Shown here piece after piece: positions 11,291-25,951 of a DNA stretch of 64,000 nucleotides. Source of the DNA: Haplodiscus bocki. Its lineage: Eukaryota. The first letter of the stretch is position 1. Every line of letters starts with the position of its first letter. Made by a program: the position numbers and the translations under genes. The notes beneath the pieces were generated by a model. That model did not search any database. It was not told where the DNA came from and saw nothing but the letters and a program-made list of their open reading frames with translations. The DNA lies in assembly GCA_965655095.1 (NCBI GenBank), contig OZ296649.1, positions 105,834,001 through 105,898,000 of the forward strand, in the 5' to 3' direction.

Positions 11291-14200
11291 TTAGCAGTGC
11301 AACTTATCAAAGCAAGCAAAATAAATGTTTCTGAGATCTAGAACGATAGAATAAAAATTGATTTTGCTGGGATGACAAACTTCGTTGTCCAAAATCCAAT
11401 CGTTATTGGTGAGCATTCCGCAAGCAGCTTTCAAAATACGCAGACGTTTAAGTTGTGCATCGTTTGAACAACTTTTCAGAGTTTTTGAATTTTTTGGGAT
11501 TAAACTTGAGAAACAAGCTGTGGTCCACGAAGGGAAAAGTTTGAGCGCACTGCTCCATCATAAATGCAAACCAAATTGACTGCTGCGTAATGAGATCGTT
11601 TGATGAACCTTGATTATTTCTCATGAAGGAGTATATCCTAAACCCATTCCCTAGTAGCTCCTGATGTGGAAGAAAGCTGGTAAGACAAACTTCAGACACA
11701 CTAAGGTGACTGCTATTTGAATCAAACTGTGGGCATCTTTCTATTAACATAGCGATTGCTTTTCCCAATGGATTGAAATCCCAATTCGACAGTTTCATCT
11801 AACCGGTTTGTATCGAAGAAGAGTTCCAAATGGGAGAATTGTCGTTATCCTGTAAGTTTTTGGACACTTGTAAAATACACCAATATGAAAATAGGAAAGT
11901 TAGTTCAACACAAGCCTTATATTGTATTCTGGTTCAATCACATAACACAGACGGAAAACATAATTCCTGAACCTAACTTTCTTGCCATTTGAATAGACAT
12001 CGAATACAGTTGAAGTTCCTTTCTCTCAATCTCTCAACTCAACGATAGAGCAAAAGAAACGGTCTCTCTCTGCAGTCTTAACTAAAGAAAACTTAGACAA
12101 ATCTCAACGTAGTTTCCGACTTTCTTCTGTACCACATGGACTTTTCACTTTTCTATGCACAGTAAGCCTCAGTTCAGTTACAGGCCACAACATTGACATA
12201 AGGAGGGATGAAACATTCACCTATTTCATAGAATACTCGTATTATTGACTGCAAGGTGTAAAAGAACTTCTCGTTGGCCAAACAGGCGATAATTTTGTTG
12301 ATTTTAAAGCGTAATTGGATGTATTTTGAGTTTCCCAGAACTCAAGAATTCAAAAAAACTATGACGAGAGTTAACGATAGAATCCCGGAAATGAAACTGT
12401 GCAAAATATAGAACTGTTTGCTACCCATTTCGACAATTATTGCTGAGAAAATGTTCTGTAATTTTTCCAAAAAAAGGATTAGGATTCACTCGTTGAAGGA
12501 ATGCTTGAATCCTGGGACCCGTTGCAAGCCATACAAATCCCTATACTACTGGCGCTATAAGCGGTCCAGATCATTTTTGGATGTGATGAATCCGGTGGAG
12601 CGAATGACACCGAGCTTCTTCGTTAATGTCCGTAAAGGAGAAGTTGCGTAGGTTCGTTTCCGTAGTCAGCTTGCCTTTAAAATCTCCCAGAAAATGGTTA
12701 TCAATGACTAAAGTGAGATCTGATCTTCCAATTTAATGATTAAACAATTTTTTGTGCATACTACAAAAATGAATTCTTTGCAGGTTCAACATCTGCTTTA
12801 TTTCGATATTCGACTCAAGTAAAATTGAAGATATCTTCCGTTGGGAAGTTTTTTGAAATTTTCACCAAACAACTCACTTGAATTACGACGGTTCATGGCC
12901 TGAACTCCGTTCGAATTATCATTTTTCCCCGAAAATTTTATTGTGGAAATGGTTTTGTCAGCCTGGCTGATATAAGATCCATAAAACTTTCAGTGTTGCC
13001 CGATGACTTAATTAGAAGTTGTGTCGGCTTCTTTTGATCTTTTTCTTCTCTTGTCTGATTTTCGATATATTTTTAAACAAAACGTCCTGTTTTTGAAATG
13101 GACTTTCCAAAACCAGGGAAGTTACAGATTTATTAACCTTAACCAACTTGGGGCTTTGCTCTGACATTGAAGCATCATTTATCCCTCTTGTGTTTGATCT
13201 TTCCTGGAGCTCGTGAAGTGCGGATATTGCTTTTATCTTCGACTTTAGGGTAGGTTTTGGTCTTGATTGGGAGCAAGTGAAGTCCAAATTCTTCCCATAA
13301 AGTGAATTCTTCATGCTCCCGCTTCCTTCCTTTTCCCAGGGGTAATTAAAGCATTTCAATCATTAACGAACACTGAGATTAAAATGGCTTCAAATGGTAA
13401 TGTCCGTTGTCCCTTAACACAACTTTTAGAAGATGTGCTGCACTATATCGTCATTTGCTATGTTTTTTTGTATGGGACGTGATGACTTAAAAGTATCATC
13501 AGCCAAAACAATTATTAAATTTTTGGATGAGCAATCTCTAAAATCTCTTGAGTTCATCAGTGTCAAGTGTGAACCAGTTTTAGAATTATTATCGGGTGTT
13601 GAAACTAAAACACCTCAATTATTTCCGTGAATTTTTGCAACACTCATTTTTCAGAACGATATCGAAAATTTCCAGTTTGGTAGAGGTTCGGCTAATCTAG
13701 ACGTTATTGTGGAAGCTAGACGTTATTGTAGAGACAAAAAATGACCACACAGTCAACCATGTTGACCAATAATTCATTAATGCTGTTATTCTAGTACAAT
13801 GGGCGCTAAAGAATGGGGCAATCGAGCAAACAAGCAAAAAAAACAATTTCAACGGACATTTTTCAACAAAATAAACAACTTTTGAAATTTTCCGCGTGAG
13901 AGCAATGGGAAAAATTACCCGACCCCAACCAAATTAACAGCAAATGGTTGATCAAACTCGGCGATACTACTATGCAGAAATTGAGGATCTGCAACACTCA
14001 CGGAAACTCTCTGAAGGACAAAACGTTCTCAAAAGAACTAAAAAAGACTTCTCAAAATTCTTGAGAAAACTATGGAAAAACCTTCCTATTTGAACCAAAA
14101 CTGCTTATATGACTTTTTGGTGCCTTTGGGTTCTCGTAAATCAAAATTGAGACAATTTGGAGACCTGAGTGTCAAAATTAAACATTTCCAGAATGTCTCA

Positions 14201-14339
14201 TTCTTGGCAAAATGGATTGAATTTGGTGGATTTTGAAAAACTCGTCAAAAAGTAATCGGATCAGAATTTAAAAAATTATCTCGCCGATCAGAATTATTCC
14301 ACTACTTGTAAGCAACATTTAGTTGAGTTGAGTTAAAAG

Positions 14340-16200
14340 CATGCGTGCCTAGATGAAGAAATTTCATTCGACAAAACGTCATCAAAATGGACAAAACGGT
14401 TTTTATTTCCATGCTACTTCCGCAAAAGAACCTAGGGCAATTTTTTGAGACCCAGCCAAGTTATATCGTCTCAATGAGTGGAGTCTCGTTATTTTAAGGC
14501 AGAAAGTTTGGATCTGGGAGCCTAGATTCAATCATAAGAGAATGTAAAAACAACAAAGTATCCTTCAAAAAGGAACAAAATTAGCTTGTTCACTTCAAAC
14601 CTCTCGCAAAAAAACAATCGCCAAGTGTTTTTGGCGGGGGAGAAGGGGTATAACCAGAAGTAATATATTGTATGTTGGCTCAATCCTGTTACGCTCATGG
14701 GATTGTTGTGATTTGGCGAAATATATGTTAGGATTTTCTCTGAAACTCAAAAAAAATCGATTCGCTAAAACTCGATTCAACATCTTTCTCGAAACTTTTA
14801 ACCACGGCAGCCAAAACTTGATAGTTGCGCGATTGGAAACTCATTGTAATTTTGATGCATAAACAGGGTAATTCAGCATCCTTGATGCACAGACATAGAA
14901 CTTAAAAATGGAAAAGTTATCTTCAAATCTGCCGAAATCTATTTAAAAGTTAGATCAGGTGAAAATCTATTCCAAAGTTTCAAACCCCAATCAAATGTCA
15001 GTGTTTGATAAATTTGAGTCGCCGTGTTCTGTTTTTGCGAAAAATTAGTTATTGGAGAACGTTGGTGCGAGTATACGGGATTTCAACTCGATACAGTAGC
15101 TTGAAAATTGGCAGAAACAGATGCTTTTCCTAGATTCTTTTCCAAAAAACTGAAGTTGATACGATCTTCCGCCCTATCAATGATCAGAGTCTTGTATGTC
15201 TTCTGTAGAAACTCGAAGAACATTCGCCAGCTAGATGAAGACATATTGGACTTCAAATATTTTCCCCATTTGGAAATTTGACGGTAAATAATTCCACAAT
15301 TATTTTCTACTTTCGTAACTTCGCTTCGACTGCATGAAAAACTGCAATTCATAATAGAATAGGAAAGAAAATGAACAGTCAAAGCATCGAGAAGTATGGG
15401 AATTTTCCAAACTTGCCTTCAAGCACCTAAATTGGATTAAATCAGGCAGTGTACGTTTTTAGAAGCAGTGTGTGAGCATACTTACTAGTATCAGACGTGT
15501 AGACGAAACGTCAAAGTAAAAGAGGCTAAAGTGTCCAATTGCAGGTTTTTCCGGTCTTGAAATAAAAACTCAACGATGTACCTGTAGTATCTTTCGCCTT
15601 TGTCCTCGATATCAAAAAGTGGTCGTTTTCTTCCAGACCTTACGATATGTGGGTGGGCCTCAAAACTGCATTGGCATACTAAGAGCACTCATTTTGATGA
15701 AATTTTAATTTTTTGTACCGGTTGGCAAATTATTCGGTTTGTTCTTCTGAGGAAGAATTTTGAATTTCGATCGGATTTAGCTGTCGAAACTTATTCATTT
15801 TCCAAGTACTATATCTTGGTATGCATACCTCTCTAATGCCCCGAAATGTTTCAAAGAGTTATCATGAAAAATACCACATTCCGATTTGATAACTTTAGAT
15901 AGGTTTCAGTATGAAAGGATTTTAAAACTCGAGCTGATTTGGTTATTTTGTCAGATTTTTTGAAGAGTTATGTCTAATTACTTGGGCCTCGAAATAATTT
16001 AATTTTAACTGAGAGGTAAAAAAAATTCCGATTGACATGTTAAATTTTGGTCCATTTCCGAAGGAATATTCAAAAGATAGAATATATAACGTGTCGTTAC
16101 TTTAGAACATCCGAACACCATTGGATACATTGTGTATGACCTTTACTACATCGACTGTCAAACCCACAGGGGAACCAATTGAGAAATTCGTTTTCTTCTC
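14340..16200 (+). pseudogene. Protein-primed DNA polymerase B remnant, N-terminal and exonuclease region (element B)
   Basis: Scattered fragments in mixed frames (GFYFHA, VTLMG, VFDKFES, DFNSI, DVPVVSF) in the order expected for Polinton pPolB; very eroded. Confidence 0.42.
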
Positions 16201-16374
16201 CGCGAAAGATATCCAACAATGCGTGCTTTGCGAAATATCCAAAAGAAAAAATACATAAGATTTAGCTGAAACAAAATTAATGATATAAAACCGATAATGT
16301 ATAACTAGTTTTATAAAAGATAAAAATTAACGAATAAAATATAGCATATAAAATAGATTATAAAAAAGACAAAA

Positions 16375-19050
16375 ATAAACATGGAAGCTAAGGAGCTTAG
16401 CGCAACACTCGCGAAGGTACTCAGCATATTGAATAAAACACTGACCGCATGTTTATGCGATGCCAGCGAGCATTCAGCAAAATCCGGCGATATTAGACAG
16501 AAAGCAACCATAAGATAACAGCGGAAGCAGAAGGAAACTAACCTAACTTGAAACAAAATTTAGCTGAAAAAAAATCACCTCAAACGTATGTCGCTGTTCA
16601 CCAAATTTCGTCAGAGAGCAAAAAGTCCCAAAAATTGACAACTAGGTGTTAAGTGAAGAAATACGGAAACAAAAAATCTTCCCAAAAAGCCGTGTTTTCT
16701 GGATAAATTTTCACAGAAAACTCGACTAAATGATTCTTCGCGCAAACCCACCGTCACATGGGCACTGAAGAGATGCTGAGCGTTTTCTGAAAACCCACAC
16801 CTGAGGCAATCTTCTAGGTGAAGAGATTCGTAGTAAACTGTCGCAAAGGGAAAAATATTTGAAGAAAAGTGGTCGTCTATATCTAAAGAGTACCTTGGAC
16901 AGACCACGCATCTATGACCGCGCGTACCCTGAACGGCTCTCGATTAATTTTGCAGGCAATCCAGCGGGCAACATACTTTCCAGTTTAATTTTATTGTTTG
17001 CTCAACGGGGTAAAAAGTCTTTGCAAGAGTCCACAAATCTAAGGAAAACTTCTTTTTTGTCTAATCGCGGCAATAAATCCATGAGAAAAAATAGCTTGGA
17101 GTTGAAACTTGAATCAAAACCGACTGCTCTACACATTGTTTAGTCTGTCTTTCAATTCCAGTGACATGCATCACTTAGAGGCATGTTAAAAGTGTCAAAC
17201 TTGATGAAATGCAGAACTTTTCTGAAAATTCTTTTTTCACAAACATTTTGTTTGTGGAAAGAAACAAAACTAACAACTGAACGTTTCAAATGTCATTGCC
17301 TAATCAGCACTGGGACACTACACATGGGAAATTAGGCCAGAGAATTGTGAGAAAGTAACACTTGCCCTATGACAAAAACTTGGGTTTTCATTAAATTTTG
17401 CCAAAACCTGGCCAGCGAAAAAACTTCGGCGACCAAATATTTCGGCTCCTTTCAATCAATACTGTGTCAATGCAGCTAAACAATCAGCGAGCGGATCCTA
17501 AAAGTCCGTTGGTCGAAAATGAGCGTCCAATTTGATGAACGCATTCGGCAATGAGGAATATAAAGTCTGTTTGAAAAAATTCAAAGAGTTCCGCTGTTAT
17601 TTTGACGAAAAATAGCCGAAAGCAAACAGGCAAAAAATGACAGCAAGTCGCTCAACTGCATGTTGTTCCATTGGTCAGTACAAAAGCGAAAACATTTCCA
17701 TGCTTACTGTAAAGACAAGACTAAAATCATAGGCGCTAAGGTGCTTAGCGCAAGGCTCACGAAGGTTCTCAACATCTTGACAACAATGGTGACAACCAAA
17801 AGATATTAGCGGAGGTTCAAGTTAACAATGCTAACTTCAAACAAAACTTAACTGAAAAAAAAGTGTCATTTCAAGAGTCAGTGAAAGCCAACCAATGTTT
17901 AGCAGATGCCGTCTCAGAGCAGCAAAGTTCCAAAAGTTAACAACTAGGTGTTAAGCAAAGAACAACTATTCAGGAAACAAAATATTTCAAAAAAAGCCAT
18001 GTTTTCTAGAAAAACATTCTGAAAGAGCTCGCCAAAAAAATTATGGCGCAACCCCAAGGTGACATGGGCACTCAGCACAAGCTGAAGGATATTGGTAGTC
18101 ACACACTTAAGTCGTTTTTTCAGGTGAAGGGAGTCGTAGTAAATTATCGCAAAGGGCAAAAACAATTGAAAAAAAACTGTTCTACATCTGAAAAGTACCT
18201 TGGCCAGAACACCAATCTATTACCGAGCTTGACCTGAAAGCCTCTCAACTGCTTCTCGGGCAATCCAGTGAGTATCACGAAGCCCAGTTCACTTTTTTTA
18301 TTTGTGTAAACGGATAAAAATTTTTGGGAGAGTCGACAAAGGTTATGGAAAACTATATTTTAACAAGGTTCGGAAAACAAACATGGGAAAAAATCGTTCA
18401 CAGTCGAAACCTGCATCAAAACTCATTGGTGTACACAGTGTTTTTAAGCTGACGTGCAACACTTTGAAGCATGCTGAACGCGCAAAACTTTGGATTTATT
18501 TTTTATTTTTTAGTTAACAAAATTTTTTATTTTAATTTTCAATTCTTTGTTCAAAAATTTTCGGTCGGAATTTTGAAAAAAATCAGAAAGTTCTCAGCTA
18601 AAGACTGAATGCAACTGACGTTTCATTTTCCATTGCTTAATTATTGGTGAAATGCCATACATGGTATATTAGGGCAGACAATTGTGAAAAAGTAACACTT
18701 GCCCTCTGAAAAAATTTGGATTTTCAATTGTTCCCTCCAAAAATTTCGGCTGCCAGAAACTTCAGTCCCGGTCAATTATGACGTTGCCATTGCAGCTAAG
18801 CAATAAACAAATGGCTTCTCCCACTTCGTTTGTAGAGAAAGAACGTCAAAATTAAAAAACGCACTGAGCAATGAGAGATGTCAAATCTGTTTCGAAAAAC
18901 TTCAGAAATTTCAACACTTTGTTTGACGAAAACTGGCCGGAAAACTTTTGGCAAAATTTATCACAACACGCAGCTCAATTGAATTTTGTTCTGTAGAATA
19001 ATGAAAAAGTAGTGCCATTTTGAAGCTAACTGTAAAGACAGTACTCAAAA
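16375..19050. repeat. Two diverged head-to-tail copies of a ~1.35-kb unit, each starting with a short palindrome
   Basis: Shared anchors: gctaagg(a/t)gcttagcgcaa (16387/17735), caactaggtgttaag (about 16640/17941), aaagtaacacttgccct (about 17352/18688), actgtaaagaca (about 17706/19029). Confidence 0.8.
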
Positions 19051-21211
19051 TTTTACCGTTTGTTCTCTAGAAAAACCGAATTTTGAAATATTTATCGCTG
19101 ATAACTCACCGAAAGAAAAACCTTTCGGCGGCCGATATTTTGGATTATGATGTAACCCGGACTCGTTGTTGTGTTTATGCAAAAGTCGGATGAATTCGAC
19201 CAATAGGTGCCAAGATTATCAGACTTAAAGAGATGGAACACAGAGAGATGTCACGGACGGGTAAGAAAAGAAATCTTTTTGACGTGTCCATGCCCAAAAA
19301 ATCTTCGTTCCGCTCGCCTAAAAATAATTTTTGGTTTTAAAAAAAAACTCGCATAGTGAATAATTTATAATAAACAAAATATGTTACATAACATTTATTT
19401 CAAAAAAACACATTTCACACCTTATGTATAATACAAAAAAATTTATTTTTAGAATAATATAGATTATTCAATTCTCAAAACGCAGCATTGCTACTTGCCA
19501 GTCCCAGAGGGACCACACGGACCATCATGGTGCTGGTGAAAGCGCCCAAACAAAACACTCAATTTTTCCTTGCTCCCCAAGTGAATATACGTCCACATGG
19601 AGTAGGCCATGGAATCTTCAAAATCTTTATCCCATCTTCCGGGAATAAGGGTCCAGCAGGAACCCTATTCAACAGCATAGAATCTATGACAGAGCGCAAA
19701 ATCAGGAAAAAAAACGAAAAAGTAAATATTGTAAGGATCGCCACTAGCGGGAATTACCAGGGAAGTTGAGCCGGTTCCAAGTTTCCAATTCTATTACTGG
19801 GTAGTATCCAGGTAAAAGTGTAACTTTTCCCAAGCAGTGGAAACTGGGAGAAGGAAAAAGATTTTTGGAAATTGAGTCTTTTCCAACTTGTGTTCACTGG
19901 TAAGCGAGCGTCTGCGAAGCAGTTGGAGTGGCTGGTAGTTTAGGGACAAAATAACATCCAGTTTCAGTGGTGGGTATCATTACTCGAAGGATGTTGCCAT
20001 TTTCAGGTGATTGAGATGCATGTATTTAGAGACTACGTTCTCATGTAATCTCACTCGTGTATTTTCCAGTAACTGGTAGGGGGAGTGGCCCGCATTTTTG
20101 AATTGGGAAAAACATTCGTTTGTTTTACGGGTTAGTATCCGGGCAAAGTCATGACCTTCATAGGCAGTGCTTATGAGGGAACTGACAGAATTTTGACAAC
20201 ATTGGAGTTTTCTTGTTTGGGTATCAGTCTCAGGGAGGATGTGGAAAGTGGTGGTACCAAGCAATAAAGTTCGAAGGGTTTGAAGTTTTCAATTCAATTT
20301 TGTAATTTTCGGACAGAGACGAGACTTTTCTCAAGCTTTGAGAGCGTAGAAAATGATAAAAACCATGAAAAGATGGGGATTGTTCCAACTTGTGGTCACG
20401 GAACCGCGAAAGTATGATAACTGGTTGGAGTGGTCAGTGAAGTTAAAATGGGAAATAAGTATGAATTCTACTGCCTGACTTTTTTATGTTAAAATGGAGG
20501 GTGGGCCATTCCGAGCCTCAGAGAATCCAGTAAAGGTAAAGACCTTGCATGATGAGAAAACTCCAACTTGATAGTTGATTGGGAAATTTGGGACGATTAT
20601 TGGGAGTGACGCGCATTTCTCAAGTTAAGAATATTTACCATTGTTATTGAATAATATGTTAGCTCCGATTTTAGAAAGGACAGTATATTTCATATTCGTT
20701 TCACCGGTGAAAGTCTTTGCTCTCAATTTGTTTTCATTGCGGTATCCGTAAGATGATTTCTAGTAGTAGAACTGCCAAGCTATAACTGAAGAGTCGCATC
20801 CTTTGAACTGAGAGCTTCCTTTGTTCAAGTCGGATTCTTCGGGAAAAGCAAGCTTTTTTCACTGTTAGGTACGTTTTCATGGCGGATCTGTTCAAAAAAT
20901 TATATACAAAAAATCCCAGAAAATTTTTGCCTTGTGTCTTGATTTTTTTCGAGACAAAAGATTGTTTTTTTCACCAACCTTCACTTAGTTTTGAATCTAT
21001 CAGGGTAGGTGTCTGCGGTTCAGGCGACCCCCTAGTCCGTCCTCTGCAAGCTCTTAATTGCTCAATGTAATAATTCTATATTTAATATAATTACGTACTC
21101 CGTTTATATGCATTGTTTCGATACCTTACATGGATGAATTAGCTCATGATGTTCTGCTGCTGCTGACTCAAGACTAATTGTTGTGTTAAACTTAATAAAT
21201 AGTTTGATAAT

Positions 21212-21978
21212 GTGATGCCTCCAAAGAAGGTGACCCAAACGAAAACTAGTGTATCAGCCGAAGTGTTCACTGATGAAGATGGCAAGAATCACTTGATAGA
21301 GTGTAGTGGACCTGGTCAAGATGGAATCGGATGTGTGGCATGGGTAACAGTCTGGTTCCCTACACGACTGCCAAAAAAATTCACTGAGCGACCCTTTCTT
21401 TGTGGTTACAGTGCCTTTACGGAAGTTGAAAGGTTGCGGAAGGAAGCTCATGGTGATTCAAAAGTAGAAGAGACTAGGCTCCCAAATTTGTTTTTATCGG
21501 ATGCCAAATAACAATACCGTCGAATAGAAAATGTCAGAATGTTTGGTGTGGAAGAGAAAACAGGAGAGGATGTGTATCAGCAGGTTGTGGATGTGGTGAA
21601 AGAAGAGGTTTTGCAATTTGTAAGAGTGATAATAATGTATGCCATCGTCTCCCTGCAAGAGAACAATCAGGTAAACCTAATATTGTGAAGTTTACCCGGA
21701 GAGAAACATAACTGGCATTGATGAAAAAGAAAAGTGGTTTGCCACATCAGTCAGGTAGGCCTATTTATATCAATGATGATATCACTCAGCTGAGGGCGCG
21801 TCTTCCATAATCTCTCAAAGAAAAATCGGATGTCGAAGCTGCAAAGATGATCAATGAGAAAAAAATCGTGTACCAGACCAATAAAGATAAAGTTGTTTTT
21901 CATACATTGCATGAATTATACAAACGGGATCCGGGTTTGGTCATGCGTGTATGTGCTGATAAACTAAATTTTCAGTAG
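21212..21978 (+). pseudogene. LINE ORF1
   Basis: IECSG..GCVAW..FLCGY PHD-like finger; QYRRIENVRMFGVEE...CHRL...IVKF...IYINDDIT typical ORF1 RRM/CTD; stops and frameshifts. Confidence 0.75.
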
Positions 21979-22034
21979 AGGACCCTCGTAAAAGTAGAAA
22001 ACAAGAAGTAGAAGGTATTAAATGGATTTTTCAT

Positions 22035-24853
22035 ATGAATATTCGATCGTTCGAAAATAGTTTTGACGACCTAATGATGTTTATGGGAGATCAAAACTTA
22101 AACAATCCGTCTGTTATATGTCTGACAGGAACGTGGCTGTCAGATGACTCTACGTTGAGTCTATTTGAGATAACGAAGTATCACAGATTGATTTCGCACG
22201 CAGGATTTAATAGAACCAGTGGTGCTGGGATATATGTACATAAATCGCTTCGCTATCGAGTTGTTGAACTTCACGAGAGCTTACCTGCAGTTGCAGTGAA
22301 ATGTACAAATGCGTCAAAAAACTGTTTTATAGTTGCATGTGTGTAGAACTCACCATCTTGTGATAAGCTAACGTTCATACAAAAATGTCTACATGGTCTT
22401 CCGTCTTAGCAAATTCCAAGCACCCATGTTTTTTTGTTGGGGATATGAATATCAATTTGCTTGAAACCAATACCACTTCGAACAACTATATCGAATCAAT
22501 GCTATTGAGTGGCTTTACCCAACATATAGCAAAGCCAACCCGTGTTACTCCGGTATCGAAAACTCTTCTAGATCATGTGTTTCACAATAATATTTTGCAA
22601 AATACATTTGATGTATTAAATCTATCTATAACTGATCATTATGCAACGAAAATGGTAATACCATACTGTCGAACAAAAGAGCAGAAAGTGATAACTCAAG
22701 TAAAGTTGATTTGTTTTTTAACCGAAGAAGATTCAAGAGTGCTTTATCTGCGCAGTCTTTATGAAAGATTGTTACACACCTCATTTGCTTCAGACGTGAA
22801 TGATGATTTTTCTCTTTTGACTCAAGCGATAAACGAAACCACCGTCAGTATTACTGTTGAAAAGCAATTAGTCCAAAAAGAAAACAATATACCTTGGTAT
22901 AGCAAAAATATTAAAAATCAAATTCTACTCCGTGGTAAATTTCTGAGGCAATATCTTGCAAACCCAACATCTGCAAATAAGCTGAAGTACACTGCCTCGA
23001 GAAATTATACAAATCGCTTGATAAAAAGTGAGGAATATAATTTCTACAACAGAAAGTTCGAGAGTAAAATAAAACAACCCAGGCGGTTTTACAGGGAATG
23101 AAAAATGTTACCTGGAAGGAACGTAACCAAGGATGAAGTTCGCATCATTGAACCGGAACACAATGTAGTCGTTCGGGAAGATACTCTAGCAGACTTTTTT
23201 AATCAAAGATTTGCTTCACAGGACAAACGTGTCTCCAGATCCATATCTGCAATGTCGGTTGAAGAATTGCAATCGGAGCGTACTTTGAATAGCATGTGTT
23301 TATACCCAACATCATTAGATGAAATCCATCGTTCATCAGTTTCGGATCTTAAAATTGGCAAAGCATCCGGCATCAATGAACTTTCTGCTGAGGTTTCGAA
23401 GATATCTGCTCTGGCTATAGTCCCATATCTACAAAAGTTAATAAATCAAACGTTTAGTCAGGGCGAGTTTCCAGACTGTCTGGAAATTGCCAAAGTAAAT
23501 CCACTATTTAAACCTGGAAGTAAAACCGACGTTGATAATTATAGATCAATTTCTTCACTGCCAGTTTTGAGTACAGTCCTTGAAAAAATCATGTACAATC
23601 GTCTAATCAAATTTCTCGACAAGAACGACATACTTTATGAGAACCAATTTGGATTTAGATCTAAGCTTTCAACTAGAGATGCGCTAATAGAGATCACTGA
23701 GAACCCACGATCAGGCACTGATGAAGAATATACCAGTATTAGGCTAGATCTTCGAAAAGCTTTTGATACCATTAATCATTACAGAATATTGGAAAAACTG
23801 TCACAATGCAGTGTCAGGGGAATTGTGAATAATTGTTTTGAAAATTACTTAAGAAACAGGAAACAGGCTGTATTTGTGAGCGATAAATGGTCAAACATTG
23901 AGCCGATCAATTGTGGTGTTCCACAGGGCTCGATACTAAGGGCCTTTACTTTTTATTATTTACACAAACGTTTTTCCTAAAGGTTGCCCAAATGTGACCA
24001 CGTATATTTTCGCTGATGACGCAAACTTGATATACTCTGAAAAAAAACATTGACCTCGTGTCTCGACAAAGAACTAATGAATGTTCCATCGTGGAAGAGT
24101 TTAAAAAAACTAGCTCTCAACATTCAAAAAACACAAATGCTGCAATTCAACCATACATCTAATGTTCAATTTATGGGTGTAAATTTAGTAAATGACGAAA
24201 GTGCAAAGTATTTAGGGATTTTTAATGATCCTAAACTCCCGTTTCACTCCCATATCAAACACGCAGTGAAAAAACTTTCGAGGTAATTGTCCGTCATAGC
24301 TCGACTGAGACATTACGTACCCAGGGGGACTTCATTGAAGTATTACCAAACATATATCGAACCAATCATCACATATTGTTTGTTGGTTTATGGTTGTACA
24401 ACAAGACACCAGTTGAACCCCATATACATCATTCTAAAAAAGTACTCAGATTAATTCACTTAAAGCCGCAATTTCACGCTAGTCGAGAACTGTTCTTTCA
24501 AAATGGGTTTTTTAAATGTAATCGAGTTGTACGCTATGGAGCTTCTTAAAGTCTGTCTCAAATCACTGCGCGCAAAAAACTGCTCCTATTTTCTTAACAG
24601 CTTCTATAAGACACGCTTTAATGTTCATGGAACGAGGAGTGTAAGTAGCGGTGCCTTTTACCATCTTCGTACTTCGAACTTGCAAGAAGAGCAGTCTATA
24701 AAAAACCGAGGTTCTAAAGTTTTATATTACTTCATCGCAAATTATTACTGTACCGATAACTTAATTCAATGGTCAGAAAACCAACTAATGCATAAGGTAA
24801 GAGAAGCAAAAAACAGCAGCTGCCGTGAGACACTAGCCAAACTCATATTTTGA
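22035..24853 (+). pseudogene. LINE ORF2 (APE endonuclease plus reverse transcriptase)
   Basis: NIRS, CLT(G/E)TW, GDMNIN, TLLDH, TDH (APE); NYRSIS, QFGFR, LDLRKAFDTINH, GVPQGSIL, FADD, KYLG (RT); broken into several ORFs. Confidence 0.92.
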
Positions 24854-25032
24854 AGCCTGAGAAACTAAACTAACAAATGCTTCTACATAGCTTTGGAGCT
24901 TTCAGGTCCTCTCTCGGAAAGGTTAAGACCTTATAGAGGACCTCTACATGTGCATATGCAGGATATTTGTTTCGAGTGTATATGTCATTTAAGATGCGCA
25001 TGTGGAAAAAAAGTCTTTCTTTCTTTCTTTCT

Positions 25033-25951
25033 TCTCGAGAGAGGACACGAAAGCTCCAAAGCCATGTAGAAGCAATTGTTAGTTTAGTTTCTCAGACTTC
25101 GAAATATGAGTTAGGCTATTGTCTCACGGCAGCTGCTGTTTTTTGCTTCTCTTACCTTATGCATTAGTTGGTTTTCTGACCATTGAAGTATGTTATCGGT
25201 AGAGTAAAAATTTGCGATGAGGTAATTTGTTACTTTTGAACCGCGGTTTTTTATAGACTGCTCTTCTCGCAAAATCGAAGTGCGAATATGGTAAAAGGCA
25301 CCGCTACTTACACTCCTCGTTTCATGAACATTAAAGCGTGTCTTATAGAAGCTGTTAAGAAAATAGGAGCAGTTTTCTGCGCGCACTGATTTGAGACAGA
25401 ATTTAAGAAGCTCCATAGCGTACAACTCGAACACATTTAAAAAACCCATTTTGAAAGAACAGTTCTCGACTAGGGTGAAATTGCGGCTTTAAGTGAAATA
25501 ATCTGAGTACTTTTTTTTGAACAATGTAAATGGGGTTCATTTGGTGTCTTGCTGTACAACCATAAACCAACAAACCATATGTGATGATTGGTTCGATATA
25601 TGTTTGGTAATACTTCAATGAAGTCCCCCTGGGTACGTAATGTCTCAGTCGAGCTACGACGGACAATTGCTTCGAAATTGTTTTCACTACGTGTTTGATA
25701 TGGGAATGAATCGAGATTTTAGTATCAATATGAATCCCCAAATACTTTGCACTTTCGTCATTTACTAAATTTACACCCATAAAATGAACATTAGATGTAT
25801 GGTTGAATTGCAACATTTGTGTTTTTTGAATGTTGAGAGCTAGCTTATTTAAACCCATCCACGATGGAACATTCAATAGTTCTTTGTCGAGACACGAGGT
25901 CAATGTTTTTTTTCAGAGTATTTCAAGTTTGCGTCATCAGCGAGAATATAC
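25033..25951 (-). mobile_element. 3' part of the inverted LINE copy (left contig end; repeated after the gap)
   Basis: Reverse-complement RT C-terminus; identical to 27022-27940. Confidence 0.85.

Larger units (their letters stand above)
4980..16200 (-). mobile_element. Highly degraded Polinton element B (structural module on minus strand, pPolB remnant on plus strand); ends not defined
   Basis: Remnants of protease, MCP, core, penton, integrase, ATPase and DEDD exonuclease; structural genes in the same order as element A. Confidence 0.75.
21174..25032 (+). mobile_element. Non-LTR retrotransposon (CR1/L2 group LINE), near full length, defective
   Basis: ORF1 (PHD-like plus RRM/CTD), ORF2 (APE plus RT), 3' UTR ending in a (CTTT)n tail. 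Confidence 0.92.

Noticed and set aside
19480-20900. Coding-like degenerate sequence (also about 31040-32350), possibly a transposase interrupted by the LINEs
   Set aside because: No recognisable catalytic motif or matching terminal repeats could be established by eye
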